Source: Protoeuglena noctilucae
Taxonomy: Eukaryota
DNA: 64,000 nucleotides
Assembly (NCBI GenBank): GCA_958009085.1
Contig: OY253685.1
Span: forward strand, 186,001-250,000
Reading direction: 5' to 3'
How positions within the stretch are numbered: the stretch's first letter is position 1; each line of letters starts with the position of its first letter. A program made the translations under genes and the position numbers. Below are positions 1 through 12,356 of the stretch, piece after piece. A model generated the notes under the pieces. It was not told the origin of the DNA and did not search any database. It saw only the letters and a list, made by a program, of their open reading frames with translations.

Positions 1-85
1 GCCACAAGACCACGATGTTGTACTCCGACACTGGCGGTGCTGACACTGTCATGTGCAAGTGTAGGAGACCTCAACCCAACCTTCA

Positions 86-1290
86 TCAAACACCTCCCCT
101 GGCCTGCCGCATCGCCTGCCTCGCGTAGATGGCACCGGACCAGGCCGTGGTGCCCACCGCTGCCCATGACAGGCCTTGCACGGTCACTTCGAGTGTAGCG
201 ACGCACGACTGGGGGTCGCCCCACGCCACAGCCCACCACTGCAGTGCGGGAGAGGGGGCTGCGGTGCAACATTAGGCTCGGCCTTGCAGTTGCCCACGCC
301 CACGCTCTGTGCAGCAGCCTCACCTCCCCCGCTTGTGCAGCACACTGGCCCAGGGCCGCCGCTCCCAGCGCCAGCTGCAGGCACGTGTTGACCTTGCTGA
401 CCAGGTGGGGCTCGACGCGACGGGCGGCAGTACCACTCGCCTGGTCCCTCCCACCACTGCCACCACTGCTGCCACCACTGCCACCCTCACCCCTCTCACC
501 GCCGCCCTTACCGCCCCCGACCCTCCCAGCCCCCTGCGCCCCCCGCAGCGCAGCGTCCACTTCAAAGAACGCTCGCCACCCGCGCCACCTGCCCCCCAGC
601 TCCGCGTGCCGCAGGGCCAGGGCCCCGAGGACCAGCCCCGTGTCCCTCGCCAGAAACGCCCCCACCGCCCACCCCGGGAGCAGCCCGTGGTGCAGCAGGC
701 CCATCGCCGTGCCCGCCACCAGCGCCTTGTCCGCGAGGGGATCCAGATACGTGCCCAGCGTCGACTCGAGACGATACCTGCGGGAGGATAGGATACAGCG
801 CCATGCAGCACGTGGCGTAATCACCCAAATGGCTGGCATGCGTCACCATCGACACCACAGGGCCGATATGCAGGTCCTCGTTTTGCTTATTGCAAAACCG
901 TCTCGCCTGCGAGCCAAGTAGCCGTCCAGCCAATCGGAAGCACCCGAGATGACCAGGCAGGCGGCAGCAGGGGTCCAGTGCTCCGTGGCGATGAGCCAGA
1001 AGATCCCCGGCGAGGACGCCAAGCGCGCCTGCGAGTTGCAAACAAGGCTCAGGCGCTGCAGACACGCGGAAGCAATCGCTGCAGACAGAGTGCTGCAACA
1101 GCTGCCCGCCGTATGCCTCACCAGCGACACGAGGTTGGGTGCCTGCAACAGCTCGTCCAGCGCAGTCAACCTCCGCGATGTGCAGAATCCTCTGCGCGCG
1201 ACAGTCCATCGATCGCGGCCGCGACAGTGCGCGGAAACGGAGCGGTCGCCGCTCCATATGCTGCATCGTCTGAATCCAGCCGACTGCGAG
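86..1290 (-). CDS. CLS: Cardiolipin synthase / CDP-alcohol phosphatidyltransferase (spliced, >=4 exons; 5' end uncertain)
   Basis: The spliced translation gives PNLVSL|ARLASSPGIFWLI...SDWLDGYLAR|RYRLESTLGTYLDPLADK, the CDP-alcohol phosphotransferase motif DxxDGxxAR...GxxxDxxxD. It continues VEPHLVSKVNTCLQL and ends TTAWSGAIYARQAMRQARGGV* (TGA 86-88). Confidence 0.85.
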
Positions 1291-1925
1291 CACTAGAGGA
1301 CTGATGCCGGGAGCTGAAGAAGCTACATGCTCTTAACGTTCCCCTGAAAGCGAAGTGAAACGACAAATCCATTCCAAATGCATAACTTCATGCCTCATGA
1401 CGACGGCCCAGACTGCACGCGCTGCTGGCCGCTTCGCACCCTTCCCCCGGCCTCCGCGAGGCCATATTGTGACGCACTGCTTATGCAGCAGTGCTGTTGG
1501 ATCCGCACATCATGGCGCGCGGCTCCCTCGACTACCGACGAAGCGTCTTCGCGCGGTCCCCTTAATCCGTCTGATGCGGAGGCGAGCCCACGAGACAGGC
1601 CAGGGTAGCACGAGGGGAGGGTGTCGCAAACAGAACGGGTCTCGAAGATCAGCAGGGAGCCTCGGGGGAGGCGGCGCAGGGGCATGCTAGGGTTGCGGTG
1701 GCTGCCACCAGCTACCAAAAGGTCAGCGCTGCTCACACGTCGTGGCGAGCATGCATGTGTGCACGTAGGAATCACTAGCTCGTTTCAATTCGCTGGGGCC
1801 GACTGGCACCACGCGGCGCCAGAGGTCAGCGTGACAGAAACTCCGTGCTCTCACGCAGCCTCAGTACACGAGTGCAAAGCAAGAGCAATCCACTGCTGCT
1901 TGCGCCCCTAGCAGCTCTCGTCATG

Positions 1926-3478
1926 TCATCGCCCGAGGGAGCCCTGAAACAGCCCGCTGAAGAGCTGTGGGTGCGGGCTCGCGTCCGCCAGGGGCACGGG
2001 TGCCATGAAGTTCACGAGCTTCTCCAGCACCTTGTATCTCAACTGCGATCACGAACGACAGGCTAGCAGAGTGACGCGGCGTTCTCCGCTCCCCATCATG
2101 ACACACAAATAAATAAGAACGCATGTTCTGTGACACGCCTCTGCGTGATGTGCCGCCCACCTTCCGCCCCTTGCTGGCCCTCCGGTCCCGGGCCTTGCGC
2201 CTTTTCTGCGCCTCCATGACTGCCTTCGCGGACCCCGTCTTGGCCAGCCCGCTCTCCAGGAACTCCTTCAGGAGCGTGCGGTAGAACTCCGCATCATCGA
2301 ACGTCTCTGGGTCGCCCTCGGTGCCCGGCGCGTGGTCTGCAACGTCTGCAAGCGATTAATAGCGGCATGTGAACACAGAAAGGAAGACAGATGGGACCGA
2401 GTGTCTGTAAGCGCATAGCAACTGAGGCCCGCTCGCCTGCGCCGCTCTCCGCGCCGTCCGCATCAGGCCTGCCCGGTCCGCACAGGGCGACTGTGTCCCG
2501 CGCCGGCAGGCGTGTCCGAAGCACGGCCTCTTCGCCCTCCGCCATGTGATGCCGGACCTGCTGCGCCACGCTCTGGTGGATGGCGCGCAACGTGCCGGGG
2601 GCCATGCTCTGGTGCGAGCGCTTGTACCAGCGATCCACCGACTCGTCCCGGAAACGACGCAGCGACTCTTGCCGACGCTCTGCGGCCAGACGACGCGGGA
2701 ATCGCGAAAACAAAGCGCCGCCGCAGCTGTGCGCGGACGTGCTGACCAGGCGTGCTCTGGCCCTCACCGAGGCGCTGCCACAAATCCGGCGCAGCGAGAT
2801 CGTGCGCCGCCTGCTCGTCGAGCGCAGCGGGGTGCTTGAGGCTCCGCGTGCCCGGGTGCCGCTCCGCGAGGGCGCAGAGGAGGCCGTCCATCGACGCGAG
2901 CGTCGACTTCGCCTCCGACGCGAGCTCGCCCAGCAGCTGGGACGCGGGCTGGTCTTCGCGAGACATCCAGCGCACCGCCTCGTGTTTGGGGAGACGGTTC
3001 GCCCCAGCGACGCATGTTTGCAGCAGGATGCGGACTCCCAGGAAATTCTCGTACAGGTGCCGCTGAGAGGCGACGGCGGAACCCTGCAAGAAGACAGGGG
3101 TGTTTGTTGCATCCTTGTCACAGCGCGAAGTGTACGGCAGGCGTCGCAATGCGACCAGCGAGACGCGCAGCACTGCCGGCTGCCACGCCCTTCAGGACAC
3201 GTGTACGCACAGACACTGGCTCGCCGCGCGCGCCTATCCATGGCATCGGCATGCTTGTTTGCAAAGGTATGCGGTGTCCAACGGCACGTTCGCGCAGAGA
3301 CTCTCGCCTTTTCCTGCTCACGGCGCCGCCGCTCCCTCATGTCGCTTGCCAGCGCGCCCGCGTCCTCATCGTCCCCCTCCATCGCATGGTCCTCCTCCTC
3401 ATCGACTTCGCTACTCGACGGCGCCCCATCCGTCCCCGTATCTGTGTCGGTGTCGTCATGCTCGGGGCTGTGGCTCAT
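1926..3478 (-). CDS. AATF: AATF/Bfr2 (TRAUB) SSU-processome protein, 5 exons
   Basis: Acidic N-terminus, then EK|GSAVASQRHLYENFLGVRILLQ...ANRLP, DPETFDDAEFYRTLLKEFLE and DRRASKGRK|LRYKVLEKLVNFMAP, the signature C-terminal TRAUB motif. Confidence 0.9.
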
Positions 3479-3710
3479 GGCTGCAGGGATTGCCGCCGAA
3501 GGAAACTGGTGGATTGAAAGTGCAGGCGACAGGGTAGTGGTGCCGGGAAGAGAATGCATTCCACAGATGGCGTGGGGCCATCTGTGTCCTGCTCAGGCTG
3601 TTTTCCTGCACACTTCCTCGCGTTTCACAACCCCTCTGAGCGGACACCTGATTTGCGCCGCTTGTGCGCGGCTTCTGTGCGTCAGATGGCAGCTATCCGC
3701 TAGCTGCACC

Positions 3711-4614
3711 ATGCCTTCCGCCTACAGCCTCTCTGCGGAGGCCTACCTCAAGGCGCTCCTTCACGGGATCAAGTACCCCCACGGCGCAGCGAACGGGCTG
3801 CTGGTGGGCCGCGTGACGGGAGACACGGCCAACAAGGAGGTCGAGATCGTGGACGCGGTGCCTCTCCAGGTGCCCGCGCGACGCAAGAGGGCGGGGACAG
3901 AACCACGCCATGCTCTCTCTTCGCACGGCCTTCCGCCCCGATCCCGCGCAGCACCATGATGTGGGATGCTCGATGGCGGTGGATGTGGGTTTGAATCTCC
4001 TGACCGCGCACCTGAGCGCGAGCAAGCCTGAAATGTCCGTGGTGGGTCTGTACCAGTGGGGCGTACGGAGCGCCAACCGCGACGTCGCTGGGCCGTCGAG
4101 GAGAATAGGTGACTCCCGCTTACGCATGGCGTCGCTTTCCCCGGTTCGCGCTCGGTCCGCGTCAGGATTTGACGCACAGGGTTCCCGTGCCTTGCAGCCG
4201 CCAAGCTGGGGTCGGAGGCGTGCATCCTCGTGTTCCAGGCGTCTCAGCTCCCCGAGTTCTACTCCGGCCAGAGCGCCAAGGTGCTGGAGTGCTTCACGCA
4301 AGCCGGGGGTTCGTGGGAAAAGGGAGCGAAGCTGCAGGTCCCTCCAGGCGAGGCGGGGGGCGCTGGGGATCGCCTTTGGCCGCGAGACAATCACGTACAA
4401 CATTGTACAGCAACATCGGGAAGATCGCGGCCCGTGATACTTCGCACGCGCGGCGTGGCGCTTGCAGACGCGTGCTCCCCGCTTTCTCCTCTCAGATTCC
4501 CTCGCGATGCTGAAGGAGGAGGTCCGGAAGGGCTCTCATGGGTCGATCGTTGACTTGGACGACTGGATGGACGGGGTCGCGCCCGCCTGGCTCGAGCAGC
4601 GAGTCGCAGAGTGA
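3711..4614 (+). CDS. EMC8/9: ER membrane protein complex subunit 8/9 (UPF0172), 4 exons
   Basis: MPSAYSLSAEAYLKALLHGIKYPHGAANGLLVG...IVDAVPLQ|HH, VVGLYQ and C-terminal IVDLDDWMD match the EMC8/9 pattern (AYxKxxLHxxKYP...DxVPLxH...VDFDxH). Confidence 0.88.
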
Positions 4615-5207
4615 ACTTTGCACGCTGGCGTTGATTGATGCTCTCTTTGCGCCATGTCCAGCCACGTGCTCTTTGCACAGTGGCACGTTCAGCGTGTTTG
4701 CATACCTCAAGCGCACGGCGAGGCACAGTGTGTGTTCAACTGCGCCGGCTGTAAGCTGCCCAGCCACCCGCCCGACGCCAAGCCAGCTGCACTTTTCGCA
4801 CTTCGCCCGCGTGCTCTTTGTCAAACGCGTCTCGCGCTCGCTCTTGCCCGACTGCACGATCGCGATGTGCGCAGCGCCGGCCCCGAGCCCCGCGGTCGGA
4901 GCGTGGACAAGCGCGGGTGATGCCCCGTGCCGGTTGCGCGCCAGGCCAGCGGGCGCCTGCGCAGGCGCCTGCGTCGATGCCGGTGCGGTGTGGCGAGGCA
5001 CAGTGTGTTTTCAAAGCTACCAAGGCCTTAAAACGGTACTTAACCAGCTACCGTAAGAAATGCTTTTGTCACATTAAGATAACCATCGTAAGGCTGAATG
5101 GTCCACGCCCCGGCTCAAAACAACAAGATTTCCCTGTCCCCACAACCGCCCCGCGCATCACGCAGCCCCCCACGTCGCCTCTTTGGCAAAGCAGTAGTGG
5201 CCCATCC

Positions 5208-8200
5208 TCAGCTCCCGCTGTGCCCCACCGGCGCCGGGCCCTGCGCCACCCCGGGAGGGGAGGGCGCGACATGCGGCACCGACACCACCCCTGCAACCCC
5301 ATCCGCACCGCTGCTGAGGACCTCAGATCCCTCGACTGCGCCAGCGCCCTGCCCCGGCCCCTTGCTGAGAGACACTCCCACACCCCCATGCCCATCTACC
5401 ACCCCTCCTGGCCCCTTGTTGACCGGCAACCCCCCCTGCCCGTCCACCACCCCTCCCTGTGCTGCGGGGTGTGGCGGACTGAGCCCCACAGTAGCACCGC
5501 CGTTCCCCAGGTGCGCCTCGACTGCAGCTGCGCTTGGGCCTGCCGCAGCTGCATCGCTGTGCGGGGCAGGGCTGGGCCCCGTCGGTGCGTGCGGCACAGA
5601 TGGGCTCGCACCGGTGGGCGCGAATGGCGGCTGGGGGCTGGCCCCGCTCGAGGCCACGGGCAAGGCGGGGCTTGACCCAGCTGCTGGCATCGTGCCCGTG
5701 GCATACGCCTGAGCCTGTGACAGAGGCTGCGCATACTCCAGCGCATGAGCCTGTGCCTGCCCAGTCCCCCACGCCCCGACTGGCACCAGCCCCGCCCGGA
5801 CCTGTGCCTGCGACTGCGACTGAGAGTCGATGCTCTGCGACGACGCAGGGCGGTTGGGCGGGCCACCGAATGCGGGATGGGCGCCCCAGGGAAGCCGCGC
5901 AGGCGACATGGGGATTCCCGCAGCTTGGTGCAGGGGCGATGCACTGGGAGGGCGGGCATTGGAGATCTCCCCCGGCCGTTGCTGCGCCGCTCCGTTCACG
6001 TCGGAGCGCTGCCCGGCGTGCGCTCCATCGACGCTCGCGGGCACAGCCCCGGCCCCTGCCTTGGGGCTCGCATGGTTGCCCATTGCGCCTTGGCCCTGCC
6101 CCATCGGCGCGCCCATCCCAGCACCAGCATTGGCAGCACCCGCACTTGCAGCCCATGCAGAGGCGTTGGCGAGTCCCTGCGGTCCTGGGGCAGCCGCTTC
6201 GCCCAGAGGCGCACCCCCGCCCTGCCCAGAATGGTGGGCAGCGGGGCTGCCGGCACTGACGCCGACCCCAGAAGCAGTGTTCACGGCACCGCTTCCCGAG
6301 ACCCCAGCTGCGCCCTGCCCCGCACCCGCATGCCCCACTGGCCCAGCGAACCCCATGGACCCCATCTGCCCCCACGGTCCCGCTTGTGCCTGGCGTCTAG
6401 GCGTCATCGAGACCCCCGTCGCCATCGCACCCATCCCCGCACTCTGTGCGGCCCCCGAACCCATCCCTGCACTCTGTGCACCCCCCATTCCCATTCCCGC
6501 ACTCGCCGCACCCCCGACACCCATCGCCGCGCTCTGTGCACCTCCAATACCAATCCCCACACTCGCCGCACCCCCAACACCCATCCCCGCGCTCTGCCCA
6601 ACCCACGCACCGGTCTGCGACGCCCCTGCCCCCATGCCCTGCATACCCCCTCCCATCCCCGCACTCTGCGCACCCCACGCCGCATTGGGCATGCTCCCGG
6701 GCATGGCCTGCCCCACCCCGCCCGGCTTGCGGGCGAAGAGCGGCGTGGCGGTCTGCCTTGCCTGCGCCACCAGGTTCCCGCCCAGTCCCTGCCCCGGGGG
6801 CAGCCGCGCAGGGAGGGCCCCTCGCCCCGTGAACAGCGCGGGCGCCGAAGGGGTGGTGGGCGCGCCCACACTCGGCGAGAAGAGGGGCTGCAGTCCCATG
6901 TTGTCTTTGGAGGTGGGCAGCGGGGGCAGCTGGAACATGCCCGGCAGCAGCGGGAGGGCCGCGTTGAGGCTCCCGCTCAACCCGGCGTTCAGCCCAGCGC
7001 TGAAAGGGGCGGCAGGCAGGCGCGGGAGGGAGCTGAGGTCCCAGGACGCGGGGCCACCCTGGAGGGGCGGCAGGGGCGGGAGGAGCGGGAGCGTGCCGGC
7101 CGGCAGCGCCATGCTGCGGGATGCGGGGGCCGCGTAGGAGCTAAGGGGAGGACGTCCTCGGCCCCGCCCGCGCCCTCGCCCGCGCCCGCGACCCCGCCCA
7201 CGCCCCCGTGCCCCGCCCCTCCCTCGGCCCCTCGCTGCTGCGGGGGCGCCCCACAGCGGCGCCACCATGACTGGCTCGTCGTCGTCAGTGACGGCCTCGG
7301 GTGGTGGGACGGGTGCCTCTGCGGGTTCGCTCTCGGACTCTTCGCCAGGTGGTGGCGGCTCTGTGATTTCGCAGGGCTCCATGCCGACGCTCTCGCAGGT
7401 GCCGTGGACATGCACGCCGAAGCTGGGGGGGGGAGGAAAGGGGGGCGTGGGTTGAGTGGGAAGGTGTGGGAGATGACGGGTGACAGGCAGCCATCTCATC
7501 TGCCGTCATCTTTGCACCTGCACCTGTGCTTTACTATCACTCCCCACCAACACGACTCGTCAACCCCACCCCTCACCTGACCCACTCCATGGATCGCACC
7601 CTCACACCTACCCTCACACCCCATCACCCCACCACCCCTCACCTGACCCACTCCATCGGCCGCACCCTCACGTACCCCTCCGGCGCCGTCCTCTCCCCGT
7701 CCACCTCCTCCGGCGCCCGGATGAGGTGCACGCTCGCAGCGTATGCCTCGGGCACCAGCGTCGTCTCCAGCCCCACGTTGGCGGCCATCCGCCACTCGAA
7801 CCAGGTCTTGCCGGTGGGGCGGAAGGTGGGGACGTCGTCCACCAGGTCCTTGTACATGACGTGGGTGCCGGGGAAGATGAGCATGCTGTGGAGGAGAGAG
7901 AGGGAAGAGGTGGGGTGAGATGTGGGGTGTGGGTGCCGGGGAAGATGAGCAATGCAAAGATGGGGCGTGGGTTGTATGTGCAGCCACATAGTATCTCCTC
8001 CACCAGTTCTCACCGGAACTCGCTCTTGTACCTCTCCAGCAGGTCGTCCTCCATCATGCGGAACCCGAACCCGTCCCGCCACGTCTCGACCGTCTCGGTG
8101 GCGGCCGGCAGCGACAGACGCACCACCCCGCACTGACGCAGCAGCTGCTCGAACGCCCGCACCAGCACCCGCGCGTGGCCCTGCCTCCGCGCCGCCAGCG

Positions 8201-11200
8201 CCGTGGCGATCAGCGGCAGCTCCGCCAGCTCAGAGCCAAACACCCGCGCCACGGCCGCCACCACCGGCGCCTGCCCGTGGCTGAGCACGAGGGTGTAGGT
8301 GTTGGCGTAGTCGTAGTCCCCCGCAGCGTCCGACATGACCATCAGGGGCAGGAGGTCCGTGTCGGTCGCTAGGTCCATGATCGGGTCGAAACTCTCCTGC
8401 AGTATCTGCAGGGCCGCCGCCAGGGCGTGGCGCGTCGCGGTGCGGCCGTCGCTGCCCTGCAACACCCGCCAGGCGTGCCCCGGGCTGCCCTGCAGCGCCG
8501 TGGGGCCCCTGGTGACCGCGGCGGACATGGTGGCGTGCACCCGGCCGCACGCGGGCGAGCAGAACCACTTGCCACTGGGCAGGCGGTGCAGGCACGCCCG
8601 CCGCCACTTCCGCAGACACCCCACGTGGAACTCCCGGTCGCATAAGTCGCACATAATAATCGTCGTGTCGGTGAAGGTGCCCGCCTGGAACTCCCCCGTG
8701 CGGCACAGCAGGCAGCCACCCGACACGCCCCCCGCCTCCCCGGGAGCAACCTCGTAGGTTAAGTCCCTGGGGCCGTCGGGCTCCTCCTCGCCCCTGGGAG
8801 TGGGAGAGAAGGGTAATATGGTGAGGCGACCAAGGCAAGTCAGCAGGACCAGCTACTCAGATACTGTTACTAGTACTACTAAGTAAGATCAACGGGACAC
8901 GCCCAGTCGCATTTCCCTCACCTCCTGGCCCGCAGCGTCATCCCCGTCCCCCCCGCCCCGTCCCGCTCGGGCAGGCTGGCCGCCAGCTGCCGCAGCGACA
9001 CCCCCGCCTCTGTGAAGATGTTGTCGTACGGCGCGCGCCGCGCCCCGCGCCCCGCGTGCGCCTCGAACGCAGAGCACGACACCACCTTGTCGCAGCACGC
9101 GCACAGGATGCCCGACTGCCCCTCCGGGTCGATCCTCACCACCCCCGCCAGCAGCACCACCCCCTTGGCCGTCTTGTAAGTGACGCGATCGCCGTCCTTC
9201 AGGCTCCCCTCCTCCCCCAGGAACAGCCGCTTGTGCTTGTTGGAGTTGCGCTCACGGCGCACCCCATGTGGCGCGCGGGGGGCAGCAAAGTGCATCCGCC
9301 CGGACGCACCAGGCGCCGCCCCCGCCAACGCAGCCGCACCGTACCCGCCCATCCGCCCACGCCCCCGTCCCCGGCCCCGCCCGCGGCCCCTGCCACGCGT
9401 CGGCAGCAGCGCCGCCGGCAGCGTGGCGCCCAGCGGCACCCCCACCCCGCCCAGCACCCCCAACCCCCGCCCGCGCCCTCTCCCTCGCCCCCTCCCCCGC
9501 CCCCTCCCACGCCCCCTGCCCCGGCCCCTGCCCCTGCCCCGCCCGCGCCCCGCAATTGCTTCCCTCTCACCCTCCTCCTCACCCCCCGAATCTTCGCCCC
9601 TCCCCCGCCCCCTCAGCCCCGGCTCCGCGAGCGACCCCCGCGGCCGCCCCGCCCGGTCCATATGGGGCATGATGCCAGGGGGAGTGCCCGGCGCCTCGTC
9701 CTCCTCATCGTCTCCGTTGGTGGCCGTGGGGAAGAGCGCCGCAGTGAGCATGAGGCAGAGGTTCTTGAGCGACACGCCCCACTCGACCACAAAGATGGAG
9801 TCGCTGGGGCGTCGCTCCCGGCTGCCCCCGTGTTCCTCGAACTCTGAGGTGCTCACGGGGTTGCCCTTGCAGGACGAGCACGCGCACGTCATGCGGCCGT
9901 CGGCCTGGAACACCCCCGAGTTGATCACGCCCATCGTCTTGCTCCGGTACTCCGCCCCGAGGCCCTCCAGCATCCCGGACTTGAGCAGCGCCCGCACCGG
10001 CACCCCCCGCGCCGCGTTGGTTGGAGTGTCGGCACGCACGCGCTCCAGGGACTCGGCCGTGATGCCGAAGCGCTCGCGAAGGGAGTCGGGGGTCGCCGTG
10101 AACATGTCCGCCGTGGCGGACGACGAGGGAGGGAGGTGTATCACGCGGGGGCGGGGGGCGGGGCGGGGGCGCGCGTCGGGGTCAGCCGGGGGAGCGGCTG
10201 CAGGGTCCTCTCTCGTACCCGCACCCTCGTTTGCACCCGCATCCGGACCCGCACCCGCACTCGCATCCGCACCGGTATCCGCCACCCCGACCGCGGCACT
10301 CGCACCCGTGCCCTCCACTGCCCCGCCCGCATCGTCGGCTTTGGTCCCGTCGCTCGTCCCGACTGCCGCACCTGCCCCGTCAACCCCCGTCCCATCCTTC
10401 CCAGTCCCACCGGCCTTGGCAGCCGCGGCAGGGCCCGCCACTCCAACTGTCGCAGCCGTCGCCGCCTTATCGCTGACAGCATCGTCCCTGGCTGCGCCCT
10501 CAGTCGGCCCTCCCTGGGCAGCCAGGGCTGCACTGCGGGAGGGCGCAACACCGCCACCGCCACTGCCATGGCCAGCCGCAGATGCCTGCGGGGTAAGGAA
10601 CAAGCGACGCTACGTTGGCTCGCGCACATGAGCAGCGAAGCTGGGAGCAATACGCGGGTGCAGCTATCGTGACAGATGCTGGGCAAGATAGAAGCAGCAT
10701 CGCCACCTCCATTTACAACCACCGACCCTGCACCAACTCTGCATAAATGCTTACCTCAACAACTTCCGGCGCCGGCGCCTCCTCCCTCGCCGCCACCTCG
10801 GCGGGCGCGCTCTCCGTCGCCGCCACTGCGTCTGGCGTCGCATCCACTGCACCCACCCCCGCATCTGCCACCCCCCCTCCCGCCACCTCGCCCGCAAATC
10901 CGCGATCCTCCCCAGCTCTTTCCACTGCGTCCACTGGCACCACTTCATCCCCACCCCCACCCTGCTTCCCATCACCACCCTCACCCTCACCCTCCCCAGC
11001 CACCACCCGTGCTGCTTGTGTCGCCCCAGCATCGCCACCCTCCCCAGCCTCTCCCGCCATCTCCTGTCCTTTCACCTGCCCCCCTCTCTCCGCCACCCCA
11101 CCCCTTTCCACCCCGTCCCCACCCTCACTCTTCCCTGCGCCCTGCCCACCCTCCTCGCCACCCCCCGCCTTGCCACCCTCAACCTCAACCTCAACCTCAG

Positions 11201-12356
11201 CATCAGCCTCGCTTTTCTCCTCTCGCTTCCGACGCCGCGCCGCCCGCTCTTCGCGCGCATCTAACACCGCAGGCCCCTTCTCCTGACCACCACCCCCACC
11301 CACGCTAGCAGCTGTCATCCCCCGCCCCCCGTCCGCAGACTCCGCAGCTCGCGAAGCAGCCCCCCGCTTCGGGTTCCGCCCCCGCGGCTGCCCTGCCGCC
11401 GCTGCGCCAGCCCCACGCACCCCCGCACCCTGCCCGCACCCCGCACCCCCCTCTGCCCCATCGCCATCCCCGCCCCTGCCCGCCTGAGCCCCAGCACTCG
11501 CAGCAGGGCCTCCCCGCTTCCTTAAATTCCTTGCCGGGCCACTCGCCTCCACCTCGCCACCCTCACCCGCACCCTCAGCCTTGCCATTAGGCTTGCTCCC
11601 GTCCGCTTGCCCCGCCCCCTCCTCGCCTCCCTGCCCCTTCGCCGCGGCCCGTCGAGGCCGCTTCCTCCCCGCAGCGTTCTCCTCTTCTGTCGGCCCATCC
11701 TGTGCTCCCCCCGGCATGCCCTGTGCCCCCTGCCCTCGCCTTCCCGCTCTCGCCCCCGCCCCCGCCGCTATCGGCCCCACCGCCGCCTCCGCCGTCGCAC
11801 CCCCCACCCCCGCTCGCCCCGGCGTCGTGGTCCGGGCCCGAGTCTTGCGGGTGCTGGCTGGCGCAGGGCTAGCCTCGGAAACAGCCTTCACAGGAGACCG
11901 GGAGCGTAGTGCGGGTGCACGTCCCCGCTGCCCCTCGCCCCTCGCGCGGCCGCGTGCACCGGCAGGCGCCTCCGGCGCTGCGTCTGCGGGCTCCGTCGGC
12001 GGTGGCGGTGTCCGGGGGGCGTTCCGCCTCGGGCGGGCCGTCGGAGGGCTGGCGGACATAGTGGCCTCCCGGGACGGGCGCTGCCACTGCACGGCGCCCG
12101 CATCCTGGGGCGCGTCTGCGAAGCAGAAGCGAAGACAACGGAATGTTACATGCGTTCGCTGCGCCATCGGGGCCAGCGCGAGACCAGCGGCGGCGGCCTG
12201 CGTGCGGGAATGAAGCGTGCCGCGCTCGCCTGGAATACTCGCGAGCAGGTCCCGCAGCTCCCTCTCCATCCGGTTCTTCTTTGCCGGAGTATTTTCTGGC
12301 TTCGGTTGCTCGGCCTCCGGGCCGGCCTGCCGCTTGCGCTGCGACGCCGCGCCCAT
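5208..12356 (-). CDS. Tify/Jas-like x2 + PHD finger + GNAT histone acetyltransferase (IDM1/ROS4-family-like) with long low-complexity termini
   Basis: Two Tify-binding-type domains (CACSSCK..VSTSEFEEHGG..RRPSDSIF; ILCACCDKVVSCSAFEAHAG..RAPYDNIF). PHD finger CLLC..MCDLCDREFHVGC..WFCSPAC. GNAT region LQESFDPI..VFGSELAELPLIAT..RRQGH..LSLPA..TWRDGFGF. Confidence 0.85.
6421..6680 (-). repeat. Coding ~30-bp tandem repeat (10-aa units G[A/G]A[Q/A]SAGMGxG) in the PHD-GNAT C-terminal tail
   Basis: Units such as cccatccccgcactctgtgc recur at about 30-nt period. The translation is GAQSAGMG/GAASAGMG repeated ~8 times. Confidence 0.8.

Noticed and set aside
5745..7580. Long plus-strand ORFs (611 aa, 435 aa) and similar overlapping ORFs throughout the track
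   Set aside because: They are antisense or alternative-frame shadows of GC-rich coding exons and carry no recognisable domains.
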